DNA of 64,000 bases from Ignisphaera sp. (GTDB taxonomy: Archaea; Thermoproteota; Thermoprotei_A; Sulfolobales; Ignisphaeraceae): contig JAWBDT010000003.1 in assembly GCA_038821645.1 (NCBI GenBank), positions 68,402 to 132,401 of the forward strand, read 5' to 3'. Below, piece by piece: positions 10,662 through 22,106 of the stretch. The notes beneath the pieces were generated by a model that worked only from the letters and a program-made list of their open reading frames with translations, did not search any database and was not told the DNA's origin. Position 1 is the stretch's first letter. Each line of letters starts with the position of its first letter. The position numbers and the translations under genes were made by a program.

Positions 10662-12098
10662 CTATGCCACACCCAGTCTAATCTTCTTAAGCCTCACATC
10701 AGGGCCACCGAACCACACAGGCACACCCTGCATTGGCTCACCTTTACCACAGGTACCTGCACTAAACCTTAGCTTTCTGCCTACAGCATCTATAGAGCTA
10801 TAGAATGCTTTAGTGGTTAGCTCTAATACAGGGTTTCTAACGTATTTAGTGAGCTCGCCTTTCTCTACCAGATACGCTTCAAGACCTACATATCTCTGGC
10901 TCCATCTCTCGTCATCAATATTCCACTCCATATAGCTTTTAATATAGACTCCTAGATCTATGTCCTCTATAAGTTCTTCAAATCTGTAGTCACATGGCTT
11001 TAGGTATGTATTAGACATCCTTATTATAGGTTCACCCATATAGCTCATAGATCTAGCTGAACCATTACTTTCTACACCAAAGATATATGCAGTCCAGCGG
11101 TTGTGTAGAAATTCATTTATTACACCTTCCTTGTATAGATACTTTGGTCTTGCTGGAACACCTTCATCATCGTATAGATAGAAACCAAAACCTCCAGGTA
11201 TTGTGGGATCATCTATGACTGTGGCATACTCGTTACCGATTCTGTAACCAATCATGTCCTGCCTTATGAAGCTTTTACCAGCTTGCGCTGCTTCTCTACC
11301 CAATATACGGTCAGCTTCACTAGGATGACCACAACTTTCATGCACAACTAGACCAACAATTTCGCTACCAACAACAACAGGTATCTCCTCTTTTGGAGGC
11401 TCTATAGCTGATAACAGTATCTGTTCGTATATCTTGATATTTTTCGGGATCTCTTCCTCGAGTCTCCATGTATCTAGCTGCTCTACTCCTCCACTACCTC
11501 CAATTTCCTCAAATCTTTGTAGAAAACCTTTCTGTGGATGAGCTACAACAATATTGTAGTAAACCATAAGTCTGGGTATGTAACTTTTAACGAAAGCACC
11601 ATCACTATTTACAACAACTTTTTCTTCAATAGACTCGTTATAACCTAAAAAGAATGTTGCTACTTTGGCTTCTGAAACAACACTATGTAGTGCACTCCAT
11701 AACCTGTTGTGTAGAGCTATCTTCTCGTCTAGCGAGATATCTGTAAACTTCTTCTTTTCAATAACATTATAACTAGCTCTACCAACTTTAGCTGGTGAAA
11801 AAACTATAGGTTTCTTCATGATTTTTGCATGAGCTTTAGCATAACTGTATGCTTTTTCAATAATATTTCTAACAGACTCTCTATTTAGCATGTTTGTTGA
11901 TGCGAAACCTAGAGCTCCATCAACTAAAACTCTTACACCAATACCATGACTGACACCTTTTCCTGCACCAATGATTGAACCATTTCTTGAAACTATAGTG
12001 AAACCATCAATTCTATGTAGCCTAGCCTCAGCGTAATACGCTCCTAGTTTGCAGGCATAATCGATAGCATAGAGAGCTAAGTCTTCATCCATATACAT
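10662..12098 (-). CDS. tldD: TldD-family metalloprotease
   Basis: HESCGHPSEAD (HExxGH), YDDEGV, RMSNT, GTCGKGEPMQGVPV. Confidence 0.9.
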   Translation of the reverse strand: MYMDEDLALYAIDYACKLGAYYAEARLHRIDGFTIVSRNGSIIGAGKGVSHGIGVRVLVDGALGFASTNMLNRESVRNIIEKAYSYAKAHAKIMKKPIVFSPAKVGRASYNVIEKKKFTDISLDEKIALHNRLWSALHSVVSEAKVATFFLGYNESIEEKVVVNSDGAFVKSYIPRLMVYYNIVVAHPQKGFLQRFEEIGGSGGVEQLDTWRLEEEIPKNIKIYEQILLSAIEPPKEEIPVVVGSEIVGLVVHESCGHPSEADRILGREAAQAGKSFIRQDMIGYRIGNEYATVIDDPTIPGGFGFYLYDDEGVPARPKYLYKEGVINEFLHNRWTAYIFGVESNGSARSMSYMGEPIIRMSNTYLKPCDYRFEELIEDIDLGVYIKSYMEWNIDDERWSQRYVGLEAYLVEKGELTKYVRNPVLELTTKAFYSSIDAVGRKLRFSAGTCGKGEPMQGVPVWFGGPDVRLKKIRLGVA

Positions 12099-12239
12099 TC
12101 GCCATCAATCCACTATTCTCTGGCTCTTAACCACTAAACAATATATATTATTATGCTTCATAAGACAATAAAATACATTATCGAAGTATTACGGAAAGAA
12201 TATAAATAAAAATTTATGTTAATTGGCTCCCTACTACCT

Positions 12240-12575
12240 CTACTTCTTAATCATGCCTATCACGATACCGACAATAAAGCCTATGCTAACAGGTCCTACA
12301 GACATAAGTCCAAGTACTATGGCTAGTCTTTTAGCTGCTTCAGCAGCTATACCAAGTGTTGATAAGACTTCTGCTGGTGTTGTCCCTAAACTCCATATCG
12401 ATAGAAATGTACCTAAAACCAATATAGCTACAAATGCAAGTATATATTTAACAATCTTTGTTGATATATAGCCTAATGCTAGACCTAACAGAAACTGTAT
12501 TGCGATTGCTATTAATACTGGTGGTTGTGATAGAAGAGTTGCTATTGTTTCTTCAAGTGGAGCTACAGTTGACAT
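12240..12575 (-). CDS. Small membrane protein with about 3 TM helices (FUN14-like)
   Basis: Hydrophobic segments, GLALGY..K.VK and GFIVG; SD AGGTGGTAGG upstream. Confidence 0.6.
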   Translation of the reverse strand: MSTVAPLEETIATLLSQPPVLIAIAIQFLLGLALGYISTKIVKYILAFVAILVLGTFLSIWSLGTTPAEVLSTLGIAAEAAKRLAIVLGLMSVGPVSIGFIVGIVIGMIKK

Positions 12576-12654
12576 TGTTTCCTACCACCTAAGAATATGC
12601 TTTCTGGTGATATATATACGTATTTGATGCACTAAGTAAAGAATGCTATAGGGA

Positions 12655-14028
12655 TCAAGACTGTTTCTCTAAGCCGAAGAGTTTTTCAGCTAGAATCAAC
12701 ATTTTTTCAACAACTTCTGTAGCTGTTCTACCAAAGATGTTTATCATTGGTTCTTTCCCCCAATCCCCTCTATGGTAAACTATATCAGGAACCTTATTGT
12801 TTAACATCTTGATAGCCTGCTCTATACCCCACGGTATAGATCCTCCTTCAATACTCTTTATCTCTGGAGGTTCTTTAGATCTGTCATAGAAAGCTACTGT
12901 AAAACCTAGTTCTCTAGCTATCTCAATGATTTTTTCGCTGAACTTTATATTGGCTACAGCTCTTACATTCTCATTGTACTCTATAGCTTTTAGGATAGCT
13001 CTAGCCATGTGTTTAGATGCCCCAAATTCTGGAGAAGAAACAACCTTAATCTTGTTTCCAGCTCTCACAATTCTACCCGGTATTGCTGCTACATCGTTTA
13101 AGCTTCTAGCATATGGTTTAGGAAGAGATACAGCTATATTCATACCAACTTCAGGGATGAGAGACACCACAATATTGCTGTTAGCTTCAAGAATATCTAT
13201 AGCTTTCTTTAAATCCTCTAGAACCTTATACCTTTCCGCCGGTATATATAGCCATGCCATAGGATTCACAGGACCATGACCCTTGCCTATGGGTAATCCA
13301 TGCTCTATAGCTATGGTTATGAACTCTTTGGCTGTCTTGACAGCTTCAACAATGTTCTTGCCTTTGGCAAGTTCTGCTGCTATAGCTGCAGAAAAGCTAC
13401 ATCCAGTTCCATGAGTATTCCTAGTCTCTATCCTTTTGGCTCTGAACTCTCTATAAACTCCATCTACGTAGAGAATATCTATAGACTCTTCACCCTCCAT
13501 ATGTCCACCTTTAACAATAGCTGCACGAGCACCAAGATCTTCAACTATCTTTCTAGCAGCTCTTTTAGCATCATCTATACTTTTTATTGCTATACTTGTG
13601 AGCTTTTCTGCCTCAAATCTATTTGGTGTAACAACTGTTGCTATAGGTATTAGATATTTGATTAAAGCTTCAACAGCATTTTCCTTAAGGAGAGGAGCAC
13701 CACTTTTAGCAACCATAACCGGGTCTACAACAACAGGTATACTATAGCTCTTTATTAGAGAAGAGACTAGTTCAACTACTTCATATCTGCTAAGCATCCC
13801 CGTTTTAGCAGCATCAACACCTATATCTTCTACAACAGCTTCAAACTGAGCTTTTATTATGTCTAGAGGAATATCGTGAACAGCTCTAACCTCGTAAGTA
13901 TTTTGAGCAGTTACAGAAGTTATCACGCTCATTCCATGAACACCTAGAGCAGCAAATGTCTTTAGATCTGCTTGTATACCTGCACCTCCACCTGAATCAC
14001 TACCAGCTATAGTTAAAGCCTTCTTCAT
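12655..14028 (-). CDS. thiD: Bifunctional HMP(-P) kinase / thiamine-phosphate synthase ThiDN
   Basis: [27 protein letters not shown]; C-terminal ThiN domain [18 protein letters not shown]. Confidence 0.93.
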   Translation of the reverse strand: MKKALTIAGSDSGGGAGIQADLKTFAALGVHGMSVITSVTAQNTYEVRAVHDIPLDIIKAQFEAVVEDIGVDAAKTGMLSRYEVVELVSSLIKSYSIPVVVDPVMVAKSGAPLLKENAVEALIKYLIPIATVVTPNRFEAEKLTSIAIKSIDDAKRAARKIVEDLGARAAIVKGGHMEGEESIDILYVDGVYREFRAKRIETRNTHGTGCSFSAAIAAELAKGKNIVEAVKTAKEFITIAIEHGLPIGKGHGPVNPMAWLYIPAERYKVLEDLKKAIDILEANSNIVVSLIPEVGMNIAVSLPKPYARSLNDVAAIPGRIVRAGNKIKVVSSPEFGASKHMARAILKAIEYNENVRAVANIKFSEKIIEIARELGFTVAFYDRSKEPPEIKSIEGGSIPWGIEQAIKMLNNKVPDIVYHRGDWGKEPMINIFGRTATEVVEKMLILAEKLFGLEKQS

Positions 14029-14148
14029 TATGTACCACCACAACTTCTAAAGCTATAAAAGATTATAAATATAAAATTGTCATAAAAACTGTATAAATTT
14101 CTATTTGACTTGATTCAAAAAGTTAATACATCATTTTAGTTTATCTAA

Positions 14149-14162
14149 GAAACATTTATAAG
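14149..14162 (+). promoter_or_regulatory. BRE/TATA promoter of the peroxiredoxin gene
   Basis: GAAACATTTATAAG ending ~35 nt upstream of ATG 14198, with SD GGGTGA in between. Confidence 0.55.
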
Positions 14163-14197
14163 TATTCGCTAGAGATATCTTTTGGTAGGGTGAACGT

Positions 14198-14896
<699 letters not shown>

Positions 14897-14910
14897 CTTA
14901 ATTATTAAAG

Positions 14911-14917
14911 TTTTTTT
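14911..14917 (+). terminator. Oligo-T terminator
   Basis: T7 run 15 nt after the peroxiredoxin stop. Confidence 0.5.
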
Positions 14918-15263
14918 GACATATTATTCCATAAAACTTTATTAATATAAAGGTTAACCATAATCTGCTTCATCTATATTTCTTCCATAACCATCTGAAA
15001 ACGTATAACTATAGCTAGATGAACCAAATTTGCGATACAGTTGTTGTTATGATTCGCTAGCACAAGAATATGAACAATTTAATGAAAGTAGCAGCATAAA
15101 TGATAGACTCTGTAACTATAGAATAGATAGAGATCAAACACAAAGAGGTATCTCTCGTTGTTAATACAAAAATCCAGTAACATCAATACATCCCTGGGGT
15201 TGCTGATAGATAGTAGTGAAGTTGTACAGGAATCAATATTTGTGAAGATAGTGGTAAAATCTA

Positions 15264-15298
15264 AATACCTGGAGGTTTTGGTTTCTATCTATATGATG
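15264..15298. repeat. Inverted 35-nt copy of tldD segment 11168-11202
   Basis: aatacctggaggttttggtttctatctata(t/c)gatg matches the reverse complement of 11168-11202 at 34/35 positions. Confidence 0.9.
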
Positions 15299-15551
15299 CT
15301 TCAGTAAGACTAAAAGTTCATAATTTTTGACCTCATTTCTACTCTAAATAAGGGAGCTTTCAGGATATAGATCTCGTCAAATCAGTTAGTATATATTGGT
15401 AACTAATTTATTCTCGCTACTGTATATGCATTACATCACAATATATGTCTTAATTAATTTAGACATAATTGAGTTGAGGTGTATTTGATATAAAGTTCTT
15501 TATCTACACAAGATTTTGTGAGATGAATAGTGGCAGGTATAGCTGATTTTT

Positions 15552-16718
15552 ATGCCTGAACTTGTGATAAATGTTAGCAATATTATATCATCTCTATGCT
15601 ATACTATACTTAAGCTAGAGCCTTACACAATATGTCCATTTAGATGTGTCTATTGTTACTCTAGATGGTATATGAAGTCTCCTTCAAGGTATGTATATCC
15701 AAGACCTAAGGCTTTAGGTATGTTTAGAGAAGTGATTCTAAAGATTTATAGAAGAAGTTTAAAGCCTATTCCTTTCAGACTTTCAACACTTGTTGATCCT
15801 TTCCCTCCCCATGAACAGCTCTATAGAGTATCAGAAAATATATTGAGAGTAGCTCTTGAATACAGCTATCCCTTGGTTATCAACACAAAAAGTATCTATT
15901 TTCTTCATCAACCTCTAAAAAGTTATGTAGAGAAACTATTAGATGATAGATTGGCTATTCTACAGATATCTATATCGACACTTAACGATGATATTGCTCA
16001 AGTAATTGAACCAAGGGCACCAGAAGTGAAAAAGAGATTGGATACAATTAAACAACTCGGTTCTACAGATATCCCGTTGGTCTTAAGGATTTCTCCATAT
16101 ATACCTTACGCATCACCTACACAATCAAGAGATATAGAGCATCTAGTTTATCTAGCTAGAGATCTAGGCTTTAAACATATAATTGTTGAAGCACTTAGAA
16201 TGGAAACAAATAACATAAGAAATCTTCTTGAATATCTAAACATCACTGAAATAGATATAGATAGCTACAGCTTAAGAAAAGTAGAGGGTTTGAAGCCTTT
16301 AGTGAGAATATCTCTTCACCTACTAGAGAAAACATATACTATGTTAAGTAATGAACTGAAAAAACATGGAATAACGTTTGCTACATGTAAAGAAGGTTTA
16401 TTTGATCTTCATACAGCTTCTGATTGTTGTGGTTTATACCTATTGAGAGAATACATTGTTAGAGCAACACTACAAGATGTGTATAGATATGTCACAGAAA
16501 TGAATATAAATTCTCATCAAGAACTCCAGAATATTGAAGTAGTTGAAAATTTATGCAAGAAGTACTCTAGGCTATGCTTGGATGAATTACATCTATATCC
16601 AAAAAACATTTCGAAAACATTAAGATATCACGAGAAAAAGATGTTTAAAGTTCTTCAAAATATAGACCTCTTAAAGCATATAGCTCCTCATCTAGCTAAA
16701 GAATTTATAGCTACTTAG
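15552..16718 (+). CDS. Radical SAM protein, SplB/spore-photoproduct-lyase-like
   Basis: LEPYTICPFRCVYCY (CX3CX2C), DPFPP.E, INTKS, extra CKEG...CCG motif. Confidence 0.8.
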   Translation: MPELVINVSNIISSLCYTILKLEPYTICPFRCVYCYSRWYMKSPSRYVYPRPKALGMFREVILKIYRRSLKPIPFRLSTLVDPFPPHEQLYRVSENILRVALEYSYPLVINTKSIYFLHQPLKSYVEKLLDDRLAILQISISTLNDDIAQVIEPRAPEVKKRLDTIKQLGSTDIPLVLRISPYIPYASPTQSRDIEHLVYLARDLGFKHIIVEALRMETNNIRNLLEYLNITEIDIDSYSLRKVEGLKPLVRISLHLLEKTYTMLSNELKKHGITFATCKEGLFDLHTASDCCGLYLLREYIVRATLQDVYRYVTEMNINSHQELQNIEVVENLCKKYSRLCLDELHLYPKNISKTLRYHEKKMFKVLQNIDLLKHIAPHLAKEFIAT

Positions 16719-16788
16719 CTTGACTCCCTCTAATCCATTAATGTATCTTGAAAACAATGTACATAGAGTTCTTGTTGTCTCCTATAAC

Positions 16789-17715
16789 CTAGACAGCTTC
16801 CCAAAGATATTCAACTACATCGCTATGTCTAGGAGCTTCATGAGATCCTAACTTCGTTATTTTTAGAGCTGCTACAGCATTTGCGTAGAGAGCCGCCTTC
16901 TTTACCGTATAACCCCTTATGAATCCAGATATAAGGCCTGATATAAAGGCATCTCCAGCACCAGTCCTATCGACTACTTTATCTGTCTTTACAGCTGGTA
17001 CTTCTTCATCTATTCCATCACCCAGGATATAAACCCCTCTTGGACCAAGCTTTACTGCTACTAGTTCGGGTCCTAAGTTCTTCAAGATTCTCGCAGCTTC
17101 TCTATAGTTATCAGATTCTATTTGTGTTAGGGCTGCAGCTTCTCTATAATTGAGTGTAACTATATCTACCTGCTTAATCAGGGTTTCAAGTTCTTTTAAT
17201 CCTTTTGTTGAAAGCACTCTACCTGGATCCCAGGAAACTTTAACATTATTCTTCTTAGCTATTTCGATAACCCTTAATGATGTATCTACCCTAAGACTGG
17301 CTATATGTACATATCTAGAGCTAGCAATAATGTCATCCACAATATCGTTTGGTTCTAGTTCTTCTGCAACACCTTTATAACCATACATAGCTATATCACC
17401 ATTACTGTCTATAACAACTATGGTGAACCCTGTTTGTCCTTTCGATGAAACCCTTAAACCAGTTATATCTACACCTTCCTTAAGAAGTTCATCAACAATA
17501 ATTCTTCCAAAACTGTCAAAACCTATCTTGGCTATAACAGCCGTTTTTAAGCCAAGTCTACAACCATCGATGGCAACATTTACAGCTGATCCTCCCGCAC
17601 CCCAAACCTGGCTAACAACCTTGGCTTCTTCATCAGCTTGTGGAAACCTATCTACAACTATCCTTATATCTACTAGAGCATGACCTACAGCAACAAGATC
17701 ATATCTCTTAGACAA
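16789..17715 (-). CDS. PfkB-family sugar kinase, likely ATP-dependent 6-phosphofructokinase
   Basis: GGSAVNVA, DRTGAGDAF; directly downstream of the class I FBP aldolase. Confidence 0.8.
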   Translation of the reverse strand: MSKRYDLVAVGHALVDIRIVVDRFPQADEEAKVVSQVWGAGGSAVNVAIDGCRLGLKTAVIAKIGFDSFGRIIVDELLKEGVDITGLRVSSKGQTGFTIVVIDSNGDIAMYGYKGVAEELEPNDIVDDIIASSRYVHIASLRVDTSLRVIEIAKKNNVKVSWDPGRVLSTKGLKELETLIKQVDIVTLNYREAAALTQIESDNYREAARILKNLGPELVAVKLGPRGVYILGDGIDEEVPAVKTDKVVDRTGAGDAFISGLISGFIRGYTVKKAALYANAVAALKITKLGSHEAPRHSDVVEYLWEAV

Positions 17716-17726
17716 TACTCAAACCC

Positions 17727-18551
17727 CTACTCAAGATATTTCACAACATCTTCAGGATGCTTATCTTCGTGCACAATAGCCATTATGGCTTTAATCATTC
17801 CTCTGGGATTCTTATGTTGAAACACATTTCTACCTACTACAACACCTTGGGCACCTACCTCAATAACATTTCTAACATCTCGTAGAAACTCTAGAGGATT
17901 CTCTCTAGCAGGTCCTCCACTCATAAGGATAGGCACACCCGAAGCTATCTTAACAACTTCCGAGAACGATTCTTTAGATCCTGTATAGTAAGTCTTGATT
18001 AGATCAGCTCCACTCTCTACAGCAGCTCTTACACCATACTTAACGATTTCCACATCATACATATTCTTTATAGCTGGACCTCGAGGATACGCTAGCTGTA
18101 GACATGGTAAACCATATCTTTCAGCAGCTTCACGTATACTAAACCATAGATCCATCATAACACCTTCGTAAGGACTTCCCCAGTAGACAGTTGCAGCAAC
18201 AGCATCAGCACCAAGAGCAACAGCATCTTCAACATAACCAAAGACATTTTGGAGCAATCTCTGATCCTCTGGTCTTAGGTTAGTTTTACCTGTTACTTTT
18301 ACGATAAGAGCAGTTCTATTAGCCCATACATCATGGGTTAAAGAAGCTAAACCAGGTAAAAGCATAATAGCATCAACACCAGCATCAACAACCTTCTTCA
18401 GAATAACCTTGGGATCAATATGCTCTAGAGGGAAATCTTTTGGTCCATGCTCTACACCATGATCAAAAGCAAATACAACAGCTTTACTATCTCTCAGTAT
18501 TCTCGAGAGTCTAATCTTCTTACCCACGTAATTAAAAGTCATATGCAACAC
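17727..18551 (-). CDS. fba: Archaeal class I fructose-bisphosphate aldolase (DhnA type)
   Basis: [27 protein letters not shown] (Schiff-base Lys), GRNVFQ. Confidence 0.9.
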   Translation of the reverse strand: MLHMTFNYVGKKIRLSRILRDSKAVVFAFDHGVEHGPKDFPLEHIDPKVILKKVVDAGVDAIMLLPGLASLTHDVWANRTALIVKVTGKTNLRPEDQRLLQNVFGYVEDAVALGADAVAATVYWGSPYEGVMMDLWFSIREAAERYGLPCLQLAYPRGPAIKNMYDVEIVKYGVRAAVESGADLIKTYYTGSKESFSEVVKIASGVPILMSGGPARENPLEFLRDVRNVIEVGAQGVVVGRNVFQHKNPRGMIKAIMAIVHEDKHPEDVVKYLE

Positions 18552-18630
18552 ATATCTAGCCTACTCTTTCGAAATTAAAAAACTGAACTATTTATTATTA
18601 GAGATTATGGTATTAAAGACTCTAATTGTT

Positions 18631-19989
18631 CTACAGTTTAGGTATATACGTTAAATCTATTTCTTTTGGTTCATAATCTTTCAATCTCCCTTCTAGATAC
18701 TCTTGGTAACCAGTTAGATCTAGCAACCCATGACCACTCATATTGAATAATATTACTATCTTTTCGTTCTTTTTCTTCGCTTCTAAAGCAATATCTATCA
18801 CACTTTTGACTGCGTGAGCAGATTCTGGTGCAGGTACAATTCCCTCTACTTGTGCAAAAATTTTCGCCGCCTCAAACACCTCTGTTTGATGATATGCTAT
18901 TGGTGCAACTATTTTGTTTTTAACTAGTAAGGCAAGTGTGGGTGCCACTCCATGATACCTTAAACCGCCTGCGTGAATTGGCGGTGGTATGTATTTGTGG
19001 CCTACGGTGTGCATTTTTATCAATGGTGTTAATCTAGCTGTATCTCCATAATCGTATGTATAGACCCCTCTAGTCATTGATGGAACTGCCTTGGGTTCTA
19101 CAGCTACGAACTTTATGTCTCGCTTCTTACCTCTAACTATACCATCATGGTAAAACGGATACGCTAGACCTGCAAAATTACTTCCACCACCGACGCATCC
19201 AACTATATAGTCTGGAAGCTCTTCTCCCATTAGCTCTAGCTGTTTTAATGCCTCTAGACCTATTACTGTTTGATGCATGAGCACATGATTTAGTACAGAC
19301 CCAAGACTATACTTAGTTTTTGGGGTAGTTACAGCATCCTCTATAGCCTCACTTATGGCTATACCTAGAGATCCTGGATGATTCGGATTCTGCTCAAGAA
19401 TGGCTCTACCAGAATTAGTATAGAGGCTGGGGCTAGGAACTACTTCTGCTCCATATAGTTGCATAAGTATCCTTCTATAGGGTTTCTGTTCATAGCTTGC
19501 ACGAACCATATATATCCTGACCTTGAGTCCGAATACTGCACCAGCTAAAGCTAGAGCAGAACCCCATTGACCTGCACCAGTTTCTGTTGTGAGTCTTTCA
19601 ATACCCTCTAGTCTGTTATAATAAGCTTGAGCTAGAGCTGTATTGACTTTATGGGAACCTGTGGGCATGACACCTTCATATTTAAAGTATATCTTAGCTG
19701 GTGTATCTAGATATCTCTCGAGTCTATATGCTCTTAATAGTGGTGTAGGTCTACCAATCTCTAGATAGAGTTGACGCAGATCTTCAGGGATAGGGATAAA
19801 TCTATCTGTAGAGAATTCTTGTAACACTAGCGATTTAGGGAATAACACCTCTAGATCCTTTTGCTCAACTACTGATCCATCTGGTTTAATCATTGGCGGT
19901 AGCTGTTCAGGAAGATCGGGAACAATGTTATACCAGTATTTTGGTGTTATATCATCTGATTGAATAGATCTAACGAAATTTAACTCCAT
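18631..19989 (-). CDS. trpB2: Tryptophan synthase beta chain 2 (TrpB2)
   Basis: WYNI, TGSHKVN (PLP Lys), [27 protein letters not shown]. Confidence 0.93.
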   Translation of the reverse strand: MELNFVRSIQSDDITPKYWYNIVPDLPEQLPPMIKPDGSVVEQKDLEVLFPKSLVLQEFSTDRFIPIPEDLRQLYLEIGRPTPLLRAYRLERYLDTPAKIYFKYEGVMPTGSHKVNTALAQAYYNRLEGIERLTTETGAGQWGSALALAGAVFGLKVRIYMVRASYEQKPYRRILMQLYGAEVVPSPSLYTNSGRAILEQNPNHPGSLGIAISEAIEDAVTTPKTKYSLGSVLNHVLMHQTVIGLEALKQLELMGEELPDYIVGCVGGGSNFAGLAYPFYHDGIVRGKKRDIKFVAVEPKAVPSMTRGVYTYDYGDTARLTPLIKMHTVGHKYIPPPIHAGGLRYHGVAPTLALLVKNKIVAPIAYHQTEVFEAAKIFAQVEGIVPAPESAHAVKSVIDIALEAKKKNEKIVILFNMSGHGLLDLTGYQEYLEGRLKDYEPKEIDLTYIPKL

Positions 19990-20416
19990 TGGCGCATGAT
20001 ATCACCGTTTCTTCATCACATTGAACAAAATTAAAAGTTTTTCGCTATAACTAGACGATAGAATAACCATACTTAATTAAATATAGCTATATAATACAAC
20101 ATTAATTATCATATCATAGAATCTATAGTTAAGCTACAAATAAATACTGACATGAGATTATATTAGAGTATACCCTATGGATACAATTAATACCAAATGT
20201 TTTGTCTAGTAAAGTAATACAAAGGACATGCAGAATCAATATTAATAGGGATTCAATGCACTTCTAAACAAACTGTATGTATATATGCCTAAGATAAGTA
20301 ACTAAATATCTATACCTAATCATAATTTCAATTACTCTAACCAATTATCAATTGAGTCATTAACTTGATCATTGCATAAATCAATCCTTTTTCTAATACT
20401 CAATAGGATGTATTGT

Positions 20417-21217
20417 CTATAATCTCGTCACCTTTCTTGCAAACATTATATACCCTGTATGTCCAATCATTAATGATGATGGTCTTATAGATTCTTTAGT
20501 TAGCATTATTTCACGTAGCAATACTTCGTAACATCTGATATCTATGTATCCTCCATGCTCTACTAAAGAATTATACAGTTTTTCAATCTGATTAATCGAT
20601 GGTACGAAGAATACTACTGGAGCTGAAGGTTTTAAGGTTGTATGTAAATGTTCCAATAGATTCCATGGATCAGCTACATCAACTACTGCTCCATCTATCT
20701 CTTTCTCATCTATACCTTCTTTAGCGTCTTTAAGTTTTAGAGTTACATAGCTCGCTAAACCTAATATCTCAAGGTTTTTTCTAGCGATATTCAGAAATTC
20801 TTCTCTTATTTCATAGCCATAAACATGACCCGTAGGTCTAACTATATTAGCTAGTACAGCCGTAGTATTACCCGTACCTACACCTACCTCAACAATTCTT
20901 AATCCTGGTGAAAGCCCTAAGAGCATTACTATGAATCCTTGATCTTTAGGGTATATGACTTGTGTTACTCTAGTAAAACCTTTTTCAAGAAAATCTATGA
21001 GAAGCGGTTTTAGGATATATGCATTAAACTTAGTACTGGTTTTGACTCTAGATCCGTATTCAAGACCAATAACATCATCAAGATGTATAGAGCCTCTATC
21101 TGATGTAAAGACTCTATCTTTCTCTACTTTTGTAATCCATCTACGCCTACGATCCATATATATGAGTATCTTGTCATCTGGATGAACATAAATATTTTCA
21201 CTCAGAGCTGATGTCAT
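20417..21217 (-). CDS. trmI: tRNA (adenine57/58-N1)-methyltransferase
   Basis: TQVIYPKD, EVGVGTG, DPW, RP...MIGHTGY. Confidence 0.92.
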   Translation of the reverse strand: MTSALSENIYVHPDDKILIYMDRRRRWITKVEKDRVFTSDRGSIHLDDVIGLEYGSRVKTSTKFNAYILKPLLIDFLEKGFTRVTQVIYPKDQGFIVMLLGLSPGLRIVEVGVGTGNTTAVLANIVRPTGHVYGYEIREEFLNIARKNLEILGLASYVTLKLKDAKEGIDEKEIDGAVVDVADPWNLLEHLHTTLKPSAPVVFFVPSINQIEKLYNSLVEHGGYIDIRCYEVLLREIMLTKESIRPSSLMIGHTGYIMFARKVTRL

Positions 21218-21251
21218 TCTTCATCACATCAACATTACCAGCCTTCATCAT
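21202..21251 (-). ncRNA. C/D box sRNA candidate overlapping the trmI start
   Basis: ATGATGA (C) - 12 nt - TTGA (D') - GTGATGA (C') - 15 nt - CTGA (D). Confidence 0.7.
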
Positions 21252-21465
21252 CGCGTAACGTAACTATATTTAACACTATATCTATGAAGTTCATAACTCT
21301 TCATGCTCTACTGACTAAGATTTGCTATAATAATGATTAAAACAAGTGATTTGTTATGGAATTGACAAAGCTCTACAAATACTTTACATGAAGTAGATTA
21401 TCGATATTCTATGTCTCCTTAAAAACTTATCACATTTTTACGTAACTCAAATTAAAGTCTGTAAT

Positions 21466-21684
21466 TCAAAAATCCTCTATAACCTCTATAACTCTACTTT
21501 TGTTACTCTTTCCCTCAATAACCCTATTACCACTAGACCAAAGTTCTTTCTTAAGTAATTCTCTAATGGCAGCTCTAATAACTTCTGATCTAGATGTATA
21601 CCTACCTATTCTAACAAGTTCATCTATTGCCTCAATGTATGATTCCGGTATTTTTACTGTAACTATACGCAAAGGTATCACCAT
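21466..21684 (-). CDS. Ribbon-helix-helix (CopG/Arc/MetJ) regulator
   Basis: IVTVKIP...[23 protein letters not shown]; true start probably TTG 21672 after GGTGA. Confidence 0.85.
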   Translation of the reverse strand: MVIPLRIVTVKIPESYIEAIDELVRIGRYTSRSEVIRAAIRELLKKELWSSGNRVIEGKSNKSRVIEVIEDF

Positions 21685-21747
21685 AAGCGTTATACTAAAG
21701 ATAATAATTTATAAGCTAGGGGAGATATTCACAGTAGTGGGTTGGCT

Positions 21748-22047
21748 ATGGGTACAAAAGGAGGTAAACCTATATCATCTATAGAGAAGAGACAGAAAAA
21801 AGTAGAGAAGAGAGAAGAAAAGAGAGAAGAAAAGAAAGAGATGAAATTAGGTATAGTAGATCAATCAATGGTCAAAAAAATTATAGAGGAACTTAAAGGT
21901 CAGACTCACATAACCACATTTCAAGTAGCTCAGAAATACAATATAAGATACAGTATGGCTAAGAAATTACTAAGAGCCGCTGTATCTCAAGGAGCTGAAA
22001 TAGTTGCTAAGAATAGGCGGGTTATTGTGGTTTCATTACGTAAGTAA
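21748..22047 (+). CDS. rps25e: 30S ribosomal protein S25e
   Basis: Lys-rich N-terminus MGTKGGKPISSIEKRQ, ITTFQVAQKYNIRYSMAKKLLR. Confidence 0.85.
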   Translation: MGTKGGKPISSIEKRQKKVEKREEKREEKKEMKLGIVDQSMVKKIIEELKGQTHITTFQVAQKYNIRYSMAKKLLRAAVSQGAEIVAKNRRVIVVSLRK

Positions 22048-22106
22048 CAAGTTTTTACTCTAGATAACATTTAATGAACTATGTGACACTATTCTAAATG
22101 TCTCTA

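Noticed and set aside
20002-20019. K-turn (GTGATGA...GTGA) masking the trpB2 SD
   Set aside because: The TATA-like box at about 20030-20038 puts the likely TSS downstream of the C-like box, so it is probably not transcribed.
20040-20416. Long AT-rich intergenic gaps (also 8180-8449, 29585-29926, 51912-52183) as ncRNA, origin or IS remnants
   Set aside because: No ORB-like repeats, terminal inverted repeats, GC-rich stems or C/D boxes were recognised by eye.
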